DNA from: the human T2T-CHM13v2.0 reference genome, Homo sapiens
Length of the DNA: 64,000 nt
Assembly: GCF_009914755.1 (NCBI RefSeq)
Contig: NC_060926.1
Direction: 5' to 3' (one strand)
Position 1 is the stretch's first letter. Every line of letters begins with the position of its first letter. Below, piece after piece: positions 17,595 to 33,134 of the stretch. The notes under the pieces were generated by a model. The model worked only from the letters and a program-made list of their open reading frames with translations. It searched no databases and had not been told where the DNA came from. Position numbers and translations under genes: made by a program.

Positions 17595-18035
17595 AGCCTC
17601 ACTGAGGGGGGACATTCACTGAGATCTGAAGACCAAGAAGGAGCCAAGCCATGAAAAGCCAAGAGAAGAGCATCCCAGGTGAAAGGGACAGTAAGTGCCA
17701 GGCCCTGAGGCAAGAAGGAACAGCAGCAAGGTGGCGGCTGTGGCAGAAGTGCAGGGAGCATGGGACAGAGAGGGACAGGAGGAGGAAGAGAAATCAGGCA
17801 GAACATGCAGCATCCCCCAGGTCTTACGAAGTGTGAAGGGAAGCCTCTGAAGATAATGATGCAGGAAACGAGCAAGATGTGATTTATGTGTATTTTAGAG
17901 CTCCCTTGGGCTGCTCAGTGGGTGACACTGACGCTGTCGCCAAGCACGGTATGGCGGTGGTAGCAATGGAGTAAGAGAGAAACGGACAACTTGGACATTT
18001 ATTTTGAAGGTAGACCCCACAAGACTTGCTGATGG
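17595..18035 (-). mobile_element. L2 LINE fragment
   Basis: Purine-rich antisense L2 pattern (gggacagtaagtgccaggccctgagg...attttgaaggtagaccccacaagacttgctgatgg). Confidence 0.65.
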
Positions 18036-18225
18036 CCTGGGAGGGGTAGTGGGCTCTGGCAGTGGCCATCCCTTCCCCAGCACTTCTCCCCACCCACCAG
18101 GGCTAAGCTTGCAGCCTTCAGAGGACAGCTGTAGGACACAGATGGTGACCCCATGCAGAAGAGCCTGCATGAGGGATGAGGAGTGGGAGAACTGCTCTTC
18201 CCAAGGACAAGAAAGACTGGAAGCA

Positions 18226-18639
<414 letters not shown>

Positions 18640-19499
18640 TCATCAAATTAAATACCCAGCAACACCAGTTATTACCTTAAGCATGTATGGAGCTTCCAGT
18701 CTACCTAAGCCTGTGGTGGCCCACTGCCCCAGCCCCCTGGGTTGTTAGGTCAAATAATCATATACTCATGATAGACAAGATACTAGAGGTCTCACAAGGA
18801 GAGGAGAAAGCGTCTATGAAGCTGCAGGGCCTCTTATGGTACAGAGCTTGGAGCACATATAGCTTCCGGATGGAGATGGGCCACAGGAAATGGACCCCAG
18901 TGGAGGGCAGGGCACCAAATGCCCAGTTTTCTAGCACCCACCCTATACTAGCTGGTGTGCTGGAGCAAGGCATGCACCTCTCATTTCATCCTCTCCCTCT
19001 CAATACTTCTGCTGCTTACACTAGAAGCAGCCCCCAAGGGCTTTGGGGGAATGATAATGCTGTGTACATGGGGTCGGGGCGGGGAGGGGGGCAGTCAGGG
19101 GAAGGCCATCAGCAGCCCTGATTAGCCGCTATCACGACTGCCCCTCAACCTCCAAAGGGAGACCAAGTCTCCCACAGTTTTTCACCTCCTGGAATTTGCA
19201 TTTGCATTTCATATCCTGACTTGTCACCTTGTGTGGAGCTTCTGGGTGGACTCTAAGAACCTAGAAGAACCTGTGTGTGTCTGGGAGGGGCAGATGAAAT
19301 AGTAATGCCCTTCCTTATCCACCCCCTACCTCGCACACACACTCCGAAAAAAATAAAACTCCTGGCTCCTTGCAGTGGGCCTCGTGGCCCCAATCTTCGT
19401 GTGTGAACTCTTGCACTGTAAAACCCGGTCACTGAACTCTTCCACACGCTTTCTAAAATCGTTTGGCATGGACTTTCCTCGGCCCCTTAATCACCACAG

Positions 19500-20650
19500 G
19501 GTGTGTCCTGCCCGGGCTGTCAGGAGGGTCGCAGGCGCCCGGTGGTCCACGCTCACCGTGCGCCTGGCTGAGCGCAGATGAGGGTCGTGTCCCGTCTGAG
19601 CGCGCTCCCCCCGCCGGCGCGCACGCCTGCCCGCCGGGTCTCTGCCCTGGGCCGAGCGGGGCCACCTGCTTGCGTCCTCGCCCTGGATGGCGTGGGAGGC
19701 GCCGCCAACCGTCTGAGCTGGAATCCTTGCGGTGAAAAAGTGGGCGCCCACCAGCCCTCCTCACCACCGCGGCTGCGACGAGCCTGGGCGTCGCCTCCTA
19801 AGGATGGCCCTGTCCTAACACACGCGTGCGGACACAGGTGGCGGCGGCGCGGCCCTGCGGGCACCGAGGACGACCCGGAGCCCCGCGCCCGCGCCCGCCG
19901 CCGCAGCCGCTCCAGGCCTGCGTGCGCGCGTGCGTGAGCGCGTGCCGACCGGGCCCGCGACCCGCACTGGGGTCGCCGTTGAGGCTCAGCGCCCGCCGGG
20001 CGGCCGGTAGTGGGCAGCGAGCTGACGCGCTGCGCTCTGCCGGGAGGGCGCCTGGCCTCGCTCCGAGCCGCGCGCGCCCCGCGCCTGCCAAGGGTCCCAG
20101 CTGCCGCGGCCACAGAGCCCGAGCGGGGGGTCGGCTGAGAGCCTCCTTAACGGAGCCCCATGATGTCAGCCGGCCCGGAGCGGCGGCCGCGCGGCGACGA
20201 GGATGGGGCCGAGGACGCCGCGCGGCCGCCCGCACGCCCCTCGCCCTCCGACTGCGACCCCGGCCCCGGCTCGCGCGCCCCGTCCCCCGGCAGCCCCGCG
20301 GCCGCCGCACCGCCGCCCCCGGCCCAGCCTTCCCCGAGCCTGTGGCTGGAGCTCGGGCCCGCCTGCGTGCGGGCGCAGCAATGCCCCAGCGAGTCAAGCG
20401 GGCAGACGAGTGGCGATCTCGGCACTAGCAGCAGCAGCAGCGCCGGGCTGTCCCCGGGCTCCGACTCGGACAGCAGCGGCGTGGTGTGTGGCGGCCGCGG
20501 AGGCAACGGGGGCATGCGCGGCGCCGTGTCCCGCTCCTGGAGCCTGGAGAGCCTGCGCTCGGCCACCGCCGGTAAGGACGCCGCCATCCCCGCGCCGCAC
20601 GCGCCCTCCGCGCCCGGGTCTGTGCTCTTGGGACCCCCCGCCCCCCTCCT
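19500..20650. promoter_or_regulatory. CpG island promoter
   Basis: About 1.1 kb of very GC-rich, CpG-dense, repeat-free sequence that ends at a splice donor. Confidence 0.93.
20160..20571 (+). other. SPECC1: First exon of a + strand gene; 5' boundary uncertain, identity tentative
   Basis: Consensus donor CCG|GTAAGG at 20571/20572 at the 3' edge of the CpG island, followed by an abrupt shift to pyrimidine-rich sequence. The exon itself is well supported. The gene symbol rests only on unverified recollection of the 17p11.2 locus, and no SPECC1 coding sequence is visible here. Confidence 0.45.
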
Positions 20651-23600
20651 GCCTTTCCTTCTCCTCCCTCACTTTCTGCCTGTCGTTTCCATCTCCTGGT
20701 CCCTTCTTCCCATTGCTTCGCCCTGCTATTCCTTTTCTTTTTCTGGTTTCCTTCTGATTCCCACTGCCTGTCTCTCTGATCCACGTCTACCGGTGGGCCA
20801 CCTGTTACAGCCGGGACCTTGTTGGCCCCCATACCAGAGCGCGCTGTCAACTGGGAAACTGATTAAGGTGAGACTAGAATTTGGTGCCCGATGCGCTGTG
20901 TTCCTTTCCCCAAACTGTTCTTGACCAGTTGCACCTGTCTGGCTTTACCTACCGCAGCTGCTTAGCCTCTGTAAAGCCAGGAGGATGGAAAGGGGCCGCT
21001 GGCCGAGGGTGGAACGGATTGCGCCACCTGGCTGTGAGTGCGCTTGGTCCTGACCGCAGGACTGCAGCTCCCAGCGGAGGCAGCTGGTCCTGGACCCCTC
21101 TGAACAAGACTGCGCTTTACCGACCTGGCATTGCTCTGGTGTTTCCTGGGACCGTGTGATCCCTGTAGTGCTCCCGAATCTACCTGGAGGGCCTAATTTG
21201 GGTTACTGGTTGAGAGGAAGATTTTGTCCCTAAATATTAATGGAGCAAGGAAGTCAAGAGTGGTTTTATGAATGGTGATCACCTTACCCTTGGTTATTTG
21301 CTGACAGAATTATTTATATTTCACTTCTTGCAAACATTCTCAAATATTGTAGCTTCTGCAGTGGGGTTTGTCAAGGGCAACAGTTGCTGCCTGGAAATGA
21401 GAGAGTTATACACCCACTATGCTTCTGCATGGGGCTGGAGGTGCAGCCTGTGAAAGCTGCAGGGCCTCACGTAGGTGTGGAATGAGACTCAGAGCATCAA
21501 AGCCAGAGGAGCAGAGGGCCATAGGGATGGCAGAATGTGGAGCACAGGCCTTGTTGGGCAGATATAGAGCAAGGTCGGCTCTGGCTGGGTTGAGAGCACC
21601 TGGAATGACAGATTCAGAGTTTGGACTTTGCAGTCAGCGAGTTTGGGAGAGAGAAGTGAAGGACATGCAGACCTCTGCATTGAGCACTCCATGACTCATC
21701 TGCCCGTTCCCAAAACACACGCATGAAATTCAGAAAAGTTGAATAATCCAGCTGTTGATGTTTCCTTCAACGGAGAGTTTTCCATTGTTCTGCAGCTCTG
21801 ATTCCATCACATCCCTGTTCCCTTGAAACTGTCCTTTCCCTCCTCTCTGGAGCTTAAATAGAACCCATTTTGGGAACCCCAAGCTAGATCATACCCTAAT
21901 TGGGGCCTGAAGCAAACTGGCAGAGGACTCCTGCCCCTTTCCTTATTCAGACGGCTTTCCTTCCTTTCCAGAGGCCTCAGTCCTCCTGGGGACACCTCCT
22001 CCTTTCTTTCTTCCTTCTGTCCCAGGGTAAGTGCGCCAGTGAGACAGATGGAAATGGCAGAGACCCTAGTTTATTAGGCAGCCCAGAGATCCAGGGACTC
22101 CCTGGTTTATTAGGCAGCCCAGGGACACAGAGGCAGCCTGGATAATTTTCCGAGATAACAGCGATGCTTGCATGAAGATCTGGAGAGAGAGAGAGTTGGG
22201 AGCAGGGGGTGGGGAAGGAGGACAGGGTAAAAGCTGAGGCCTAGGAAGTTGCTCTTTGAGGGGCCCAGGGCTGCCCGGCAATGGCAGGGCAGGGTTTAAA
22301 ACAACATGATGTAGTCAGAGTTGATGTGAGACCCAGAAACGAATGTTGTGCCCCTCACAGACACTGCACCACTAAGGGTAGGCTCTGGGTATCTCTAGGT
22401 CCACAGGCAGCACACTACCCGGGGAGTGCTGGTCAGTAACCAGCCACAGAGGCACTGAGGAAGACATTTAAAGTCACCTCTTCATCCTCTCTGCCCCCAC
22501 TTCCTGCCTTGTTTGGTAGGACCTGCATCAGCAGTGACCAATGCTCGATGTGTAAAAAGACACTCCCGTGTATGCCTTAGAGCCAGTTGAATCTGTGAAG
22601 CCGTCTGTCCTTCTCAACTGGTCAGAATTAACTGTGCCTAAGACTCGCCTCTCTTCTTCTACAACGGAACTAGCTATTTCCTGTCCCTGGGAGGAATTGC
22701 GGAAACAGGCACTCAAATAATCCTGTTTGAATATGGTTGGAAAAGGCTGGTAAGGGAGGAGAACTTGAAGGGAGGAGAGAAGGGAGGTTACCTTTTGAGC
22801 ACTCTCTACATGCCAGGCATAATATTCCCTGCTAATCTGGATTTGAAACAGGCTCAGAGGTGTGGTAACTTATCCAAGGTTACCTGGTGAGGCTGCGTCT
22901 GAGCAGAGCTTCAGGCCCGGCTGGATGTAACGTGATGAGGCTCTTTGCTGGGTTTTCAGCCAGTCTGTGCCAGCGAGGACGGGCAGCATGCCGGTCCGGT
23001 GGTGCGTTGGAATAGTCCTGACTGCTCACACACTCGCTGATGTTACTGTTTTCATTCAACAATCATGGCTTTTTCCTGGATGCCAGCTTTCCTATTTGCA
23101 AAGCAAAGAAATTAAAAGCAAAGGTCTGACCTCTTTGCTAATCACCTCTAAAATGCCATGACTCTAGTCAGGGGTATTGATCTGGGGGGTGCGCCCCACT
23201 GAGTCGCCATTGATTGCACATTGTGTTTCTGTTTGACTAGTCTAACGGCTGAGACAAAGGACACATGTGTTTAACTGAACTGCATTTCTCTCTTAAGGAA
23301 GATTAAGAGTTCCCAGTAAGGGATCGTCAGCACAGCTTGATTGTGGTGTGATTTTTGTGGTGGGGCCTGTCGCTAAACATTTTTGGAGTTCCCAGCAAGC
23401 ATCTGAAAAGTGAGTGCTTGTGACTGGATAGCAGCTTCCTCACAGGGCGCACAGCAGTAGACAAGGAATCCAGGCAGGGCCTCTAGACTCGCCTTGCTTT
23501 CAAAAGACTCCTTGAATTTTAAATGCTCTGTGTTGGCATTTCCACTGAAATGTCGTTCATCTGGCTGTGGAGAGGACTTCCCTTTGAGGCATAATCCGAA

Positions 23601-23934
23601 CACGAAATATAGCTGACAGGGTGGAATTTCCATGGCCCTTCTTTCTGCCCCGTTGTTCTCATCTCCCCTCGGGCCCCTGGAGCCTCCAGCCCATCAGCTG
23701 TGCTGCCACACTGCTGGTACTCAGCTGAAGCTTTCACAATTTCTGTTCTGGATGTGTCATCTGACAAGCCGAATTCTCTCTTCGGGCTTCTGGGGCTGAC
23801 AGTTTTCATGTTCACCTCCTTTTCCATGGTCAGTGTCATGGGATCTCTTCTTGGTGGAGAAGCCATGCTGCTTCCACATTCCCCCGCAGGCTTCTGCAGC
23901 ATGCATCCGCAGGCAAGGCCTCTCCTGCAGCCAC

Positions 23935-24100
23935 ACATTTATTTAACACCTGTTGTGTTCCAGGCACAGTGCTAGGCTCTAGAGGTGGTAGATGAATCAT
24001 ACACATTTCTTGCCCTTAAAGAAATCACAGCACAGGGAGACAGACAGTGATGCCCCATTATGTGTGCTAAGCACGCTGACAGAAGCTCAAAAACATGGTT
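23935..24100 (-). mobile_element. L2 3'-end fragment
   Basis: catttatttaacacctgttgtgttccaggcacagtgctagg is the antisense L2 tail motif. Confidence 0.6.
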
Positions 24101-24104
24101 ATAC

Positions 24105-24611
24105 CAGAGGTTCTGAGTTATTCCAGTGTTAGGGTACAGACTGAAGTCAACAAAGGCAAAGAGCACTTAGAGCAGAGGCCAGGAGATACCAGGCACCAGC
24201 TTCCAGGTGTCCCCTCCTGTGGAATCACATGGACGATGCTTCAGTCACTCTGCCTCAATATGTGACACCTGTGAAATATTGCCAACCAGATAAGTTCCCC
24301 AAGCCTTGGTGTTCAGGGTGGAGGTCAGTTATTTAGGCAGGCAGCACCCACAAGACTGACCTTAGTTGCTCAGTCTCTAGCCCCTCCAAAGGTCAGACTA
24401 ATACAGTGTAGTTCAAGCCCCCACCCCCCAACCATAAATCACATTGTTGGGGGAAATTATCTGGCATGGCCCAAGGCCCTAGATACACAAAGTGACTCTG
24501 ATCAGTCAGGATATTCCTGGGGCTTAAAGGTGATCTTGTAGGAGCCGGTCAAGGGCCAGTTCTCCCTTTGGAATTTGTAGTGTTTAAACATCCCCAAGCC
24601 TTAACTGCACA
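24105..24611. mobile_element. Old LTR (MER68/MER77-like)
   Basis: ccagcttccaggtgtcccctcc...accataaatcacattgtt...ggagccggtcaagggccag resembles the remembered consensus. Confidence 0.55.
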
Positions 24612-24958
24612 GATGAGGAAGCTTAAAGTAGGACCCAACCTATAATGTGGGGCAGGCCAGGAAGGAAATGGTTCAGAGAAACCATTCAGAAGGAGGCTCT
24701 CCCTGAGGCCTAAGACCTGCAAGTTAGCCTTGGTAAGGAACAGTTTGGTAAGAGCTTTTGGGAGAGAGGACTAACATAAACAAATGCAGAAGGATGTAGG
24801 AAGGAAGAGAACCTGTGTGCCCTGAGCCCCTGTTCTGGGTACTGCATTGGATGCTTTCAGTCTGCAGCAATTGCAAATAGTATGAAATGAAGAGCACTGC
24901 AAGAAATGAGGCTAGAGACAGGCCGGCTGCAGCTCCCTGCTAAGAAATATGAACTATT

Positions 24959-25307
<349 letters not shown>

Positions 25308-25369
25308 TTAAGCAGAAAGTTTTTGTGGCTACTTTGCTTGCTTGCCTGCTCTCCCCTCTTAGAGATGAT

Positions 25370-25969
<600 letters not shown>

Positions 25970-26587
25970 TATTTATTTTTAAAGTTATATACAGTAAAAG
26001 GCACACTTTTTGGTGTACAATTCTTAGAGTTTGACAGACACATGCAGGTAACTACCCACCATAATAAAAATATAGAAGAGTTTTATTGCCCCAGAACATG
26101 AGTGAGGCCCTTTGTGGTCCATTCATTCCCCAACTCCAGTGCCTCGCTGATCTAGACTCCATCCCTAGGGATTTGTCTCTTCCATGATGCCGTAGAAATG
26201 GAGTCATATCATGTTGCCTTTTGACTGGCTTCTTTAACCTCATGTGTTGCGTTTGAGATTCATCCTCATGTTGTTGCATTTATCCTTAGGTTTTTTCCTC
26301 TTAGTTGCTAAATAGTATTTCAGCAAATGGATGTATCACAGTTTGTCAACCATTCACTAGCTGAAGGATACTCAGATTGTTCCTACTTTTAGGGTGTTAC
26401 AAATAAAGCTGCTGTGAACATTAGTATGTGAGTCTTTGTATGTACGTAAGTTTTCATTTCTCTTGGGTAAATACCTAGGAGTGCATTGCTGGGTTATATG
26501 GTAAGTGCGTGTTTCACTGTATAAGAAACTGTCAACTCTTTCAAAGTAGCTTTACCATTTTACAGTTCCTCTTGATATATATTCTCA

Positions 26588-26980
<393 letters not shown>

Positions 26981-27666
26981 CTAGCAACTCCTAATGCTGA
27001 GCATCTTTTCATGTGGGTGTTTGGCATATGCATATCTTCTTTGTTGAAGCATCCAGACCCACATAATTTTTATTGGATTGTTTGTTTTCTTATTGTTGTA
27101 TTTGGAGAGTTCTTTATATATTCTGAGTGCAAGTACTTTGTTAGATATGTGATTTGCAAATATTTATTCTAGTCTGTGGCTTGTGTTTTACTTGCTAATA
27201 GTGTCTTTTGCTGAACAAAAGTTTGTAATTTTGACGGAATCCAATTTTTCATCTCTCTGTCTTATAAAACATACTTTTGGTGTACATCTCAGAAATCTTT
27301 ATGTAACCTGAGGTCACAGAGAGTTTCTTTTATGTTTGTTTCCTTCTAGAAGGTTTTACAGTTTTATATTTTGTACTTAGATCTATGATCTATTTTGAGT
27401 TAATTTTTTAAGGTTCAAGATAAGAGTGAAGGTTCATTTTTTTGCATATGCATGTCCAATTTTTATAGCACCATTTGTTAAAAAGACTTTTTTTCTCCAT
27501 TAATTTCCTTTGTACCTTTGTCAAAAAACAACAGTCTATATTTGTGTTGGTCTATTTCTAGCTCTGTTCTGTTCCATGCTGTAGTTTTAAGTCAGTTATG
27601 TGAGTCCTCCAATTTTGTTCTTCTTTTTCAACATTGTTTTAATTCTTCTTCTTTTTTGCCTTTTCA

Positions 27667-28086
<420 letters not shown>

Positions 28087-29506
28087 TTAACAGTATGGAG
28101 TCAGTTTAGAAACATCATACATCTGAGGCGAGGCGGCCACGCCAAGAGCTCCCCACCAGACCTCACTGCAGTGCCTATACATTTTGGTGAATTCTTCTCT
28201 TCTCGACGTTTCCAATATATTTTCAAGTTCCTGGGTCTGCCAGACAGTGACTTTCCTAAGTAAAATCTATAGTGCTGGGGGCCCCATAAGCCAGGTACTA
28301 GGCCAGTTTTTCCAACAGGCCTTTATAAGCATTGGCTCCATAAAGTCAACCTTAGCTTTTTAAAAGTGTCTGGTTATGTTTAATTAAATGAACATCATTC
28401 TCAAATAAGTCATTCCAGGCAAGGCCTCGGGTTGTATAACTAATGTTTCTAATAAATGTCCTGTTAACAAGGAAGACAGATTCTTACTGAACCTATGAAA
28501 TAATTATATTGCCGCGAAAATAAGAATACTCAGTAAGAATTTCCAAATTCTGAGGGCTTGGGCAGGAGAAAAATATATCACTTACAAATGTTTCATTTCA
28601 GTTTATAAGAGCATAGTCTACTAAAGGCCTACTAATGAGTTAAAGATACCTTGAAAGAAAAGAAAAAGGAGATCCTTATATTCCAGAAAATAGAACATTA
28701 AAATATCAGCAATGCTCCTAATAATAAGAGCCACAGTCACCTTCTTGAGTTCATTTGGGTTTATGTGATTAATCCTTGCTCCACTCTCTCTTGGGTTTGC
28801 AGTTTCTTGAACCTGCATTCAGAACTAGAGTTCTGGAAATCCTGACTCAGTCCTCTGTTGTGGTCTCAAAGTTGTTGACATAACATCATCAGAAGCCTGC
28901 ACCCAAGAGTTCTTGGCAGGGCCCTTTCCAAAGAAGAGACAGACTTCTTTGTTGAAGAAGCACTCAGGCTAGTAGCTGAAACTTCAGAACAAAACAAAAA
29001 CCTATCTGTAAACTATCAGCGAAAGACTTAAAGTGGTTGTGGTTAATGTGTTACTGATAATTTTCAAAAGTGAAAGATCTGCTGAGAGCTCATACTAAGG
29101 ATAGTGCAACTGACAAGGAAATGTGATTGTTTCCGCAATATACAAAACAAGATAAAATCAATAAACAAATATGAGACAACAAAATTATATAATGATTAAC
29201 CTTACTTTCAAAGAAGATAGTTAACATTACACCTAACTATAGAAATGGATGAACATAATCTTTAATATCTTCAGATACAACATATTATAATCCTGACAAA
29301 ATTATATCATGAAAATACTAAGCATACAGTTGGAATATACAAAGATTATACCAAGAATATCTATAAAGAGATTCAGTAAGTCTAGAGCAAGCTCTAAACA
29401 TCTGTATATTAATAAACCTCCACAGGTAAGTGATGTGAACCCCCAATTAAAACTGCTGGCCTACAGGAAGGATGCAAATAAAAGAAGTAAAGTTGCAATC
29501 AAGTTA

Positions 29507-29860
<354 letters not shown>

Positions 29861-30307
29861 CTAGCACTTCTTGCAAGTTACTCTTTGATACCAGGCAGAG
29901 GAGCACCAGGGCTCTGATAAGTGGATACCCATCATGGACAGTGAAGCTCCAGGAGCTTCCCATACAGCATAACATTTCCAAAATATTTACCATTTTACCC
30001 ATGCATATCTGACCTAGAGAAGGCTCAGCATCTCTTCCAATTCGACAGCTCTTCCCATTCAGCTAATCAGCAGTAACATATCCAACATTACATATCAAAA
30101 CTTAAATATTCCTAGCACTTGTTTTGTCTGCAAGGTGAGAGAATAGATGATTTATACTTTCCAGGGGCCTACTGGGAAATCTCAAAGATAATTTTAGGTA
30201 CAAAAGTTACCATTTAGTGTTTGATTTTGGAAAGGCAAAATATCAAAGTTGTCTGTTGTCTGTTATCAGAAGTCATCTGATTTAAACACTGATTAAGATA
30301 GAATCTT

Positions 30308-30619
<312 letters not shown>

Positions 30620-30756
30620 CTATCAAGAACAATACTTGGCTAACTATTTGACCAAAGTGACAATAATTTTTTTTCCTTATCAACCTTGCCCTACAGGTTT
30701 TATTTTATTAAAAATAAAATATATTTAAATGAACATAACTGTAAAGAATCCTAGCT

Positions 30757-31078
30757 CTTTTTGTTTGTTGTTTTTATTTTTTGAGACAGTGTCTGGCTCT
30801 GTCTGCCAGGCTGGAGTGCAATAGCATGATCTTGGCTCACTGCAGCCTCCACACTTTCTAGGCTCAAGCGATCCTCCCACCTCAGCCTCCTGAGTAGCTA
30901 GGACTACAGTAGGCACACGCCACCACACCCAGCTATTTTTTTTTTTTTTTTGTATTTTTTGTAGAGACAGGGTTTCGCTATGTTGCTCAGGCTGGTCCCA
31001 AGCTCCTGAGCTCAAGCAGTCCACCCGCCTTGGCCTCCCAAAATGCTGGGATTACAAGTGTGAGCTACTGCACCCGGC
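30757..31078 (-). mobile_element. AluJ-like element
   Basis: ggctcaagcgatcctcccacctcagcc diagnostic. Confidence 0.9.
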
Positions 31079-31549
31079 AACTTTTTTGAGTAAGAAATTT
31101 TTGTTTTCTGAAATACTCAAGGGCATGACAAACTTAACATAAAACACAAGAATTGATTCTGATAATACACAGAATCTCTGCCATCTGAGTAGATTCCACA
31201 GAAGGCAACAGATAACCTTCTACAGCCTCTTGACCTATAATCCAAGAATTGTTTAACAGAGACTCAATTTTTTGCATCAGTATAATATTTGATACTAAAG
31301 TTCTTTTTCCTTTTCCTTTAAAAAAAAATAAGTTAGTCTCAGGTGTAAAGCTCTTTTTTAAGAGCAGCGTCTGTGACCCCCAGGGGTTGCCTTGGGTACA
31401 TGGACGGATGGACGTGCTGTCTGAGGGCCGCAGTCCAGGACAAATAGATTTGGATGAGGGAAATGCTGAATTAAGTTCTGGACACGTGGACAACTTGGAC
31501 TTAGCAGTGAGGATCGCATCCTCTCCTTCCAAGTGTCTAAGGAGCTAAT

Positions 31550-32095
31550 TGTGTGAATCATTTTTAAATTTTCTGTATTTCCTGATGCTTTGACATCTTG
31601 GGGCCTTCCAGACCCTGGAGACTGCCCCTCGGAGGGCTAGCTAATTCCTAGAGACAGCAGACACCCACCTGAGAGCATGCTCTTCAGATGCAAACCACCA
31701 GGCCACAGCCCTTACTCTCAAAACCTCCTCTGCTGGGCTCTAACCTGCTGAGCCACTGGGCCCCTACCTTAGTCATCCCAGGCCCAGGTACCAAAAAACT
31801 CGGGACAGCCCTCACTCCAGAGCCTCTGGAAATTATTCAGACCCAGCCCATCTTATGCCTGCCTGCCCCACTTTGCCTTGCCTTTCCCATGGAAGTGACT
31901 CTTGTCCCCATTGCCCTGCTCCCTGCCTCCAGTCCCACCTGTGCCGCCCAGAAGGCTGCACGTGGCATGCCCTGCACCCCACTTCTACAGAACTGTAAGT
32001 AAAACTGGAAGAACTGTAATGGCTTCCTTGACAGCCATTTCCATGTCTGTGTATCTTACCACACATGACTAAAACAAATCCCTGGCACATTTTAA
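31550..32095 (+). mobile_element. Solo ERV1 LTR (MER39/MER34-like)
   Basis: gatgctttgacatcttggggcc...ggctagctaattcctagaga...atgcaaacca matches the remembered MER39-group consensus. Confidence 0.65.
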
Positions 32096-32650
32096 AACAT
32101 GAACTGCTCTGAGAGTCATTGCTTGGCATCCAGGCCTGGCACTGAGGCGTCACTGTCCCATCACAGTGCTCTGGGCGGTCAGAGGCGGAGGACTGCTGAG
32201 GGAGGTGGGCAAGGAGAAAGGACGGGCGCTCAGGAGGGTTCCACTCCATTCTCACTGCAGTTGTTTCTTAGGTAAGAAAGATGGGGGCTCCCGGAGGCTA
32301 AATAACTGTCCCATGGGGGTCCGTCACAGGCTGGCTGCTGGAGTAGCCCAGGGTCGACCTCAGGTCTATCCGAATCCCGTGTTTACTCTGCTCGGACTGC
32401 CTCCAGTCTCTGTGAAACAAGTGAGGGAATGGACACATGGAGAGGTTGTGCAAGGTGATGAGTGTGAAGAAGAAGCTCAGCCATGTCCTGGAACATCCCA
32501 GGGTGTGTGGCCCAGGGCATTGGTCTTGAGGGATAAGAGGGAAAAGGGATCCATGAGTCAGATATGTTGGAGAGTGTGGTTAAACATCGCAGAGCCTAGG
32601 ACGTTCCTGTTTGCATCTAGAGCTCTCAAAACTCATTCGGCCCCAGAATC

Positions 32651-32686
32651 GTGTGTGTGTGTGTGTCTGTGTGTGTGTGTGTGTGT
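32651..32686. repeat. Interrupted (TG)n microsatellite
   Basis: Seen directly in the sequence. Confidence 0.95.
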
Positions 32687-33134
32687 ACACATCTGTACAA
32701 CTAGTTTCCTGAGGATCATACTTGGAAAGTGCTTTAGTTTCCTGCTTGCACCTGCACGCAGACGCTGCACACCTTTCCTGAGCTCTGAGCATGGGAAGAG
32801 AATAGTTAGGCAGTCGGGAGGCCTTTCAAGCAGCCTTCTGAATTTCGGTCACTAAAGTCAGCCAATAACTGTGCCAGCCAGTGATTCACAGGGAGGAGAC
32901 AGGGAAATAGGAAGGCAGGTGTGAAAAGCCTCACTCCACGAAATTTCAGAAATAAATACGAGTCCTAAAATCTCAACCAAAAACTCGACGTGTAGGATGT
33001 GGTGGAGAAGGAAAAGGTGGGGTCTCAGACTGGGGGCAAGAGCTGGCAGATGGCAGGTGCTGGCTCCCGCAGAAGAGGGCCCATCAGAAAGCCAAGCACA
33101 GCCTCGCCTGCAGAGAGCCCAGAGGGAGGCAGTG

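Noticed and set aside
19453-20924. Many overlapping 100-254 aa ORFs on both strands
   Set aside because: Stop codons are scarce in GC-rich DNA. The part of the 254-aa ORF beyond 20571 is intronic read-through.
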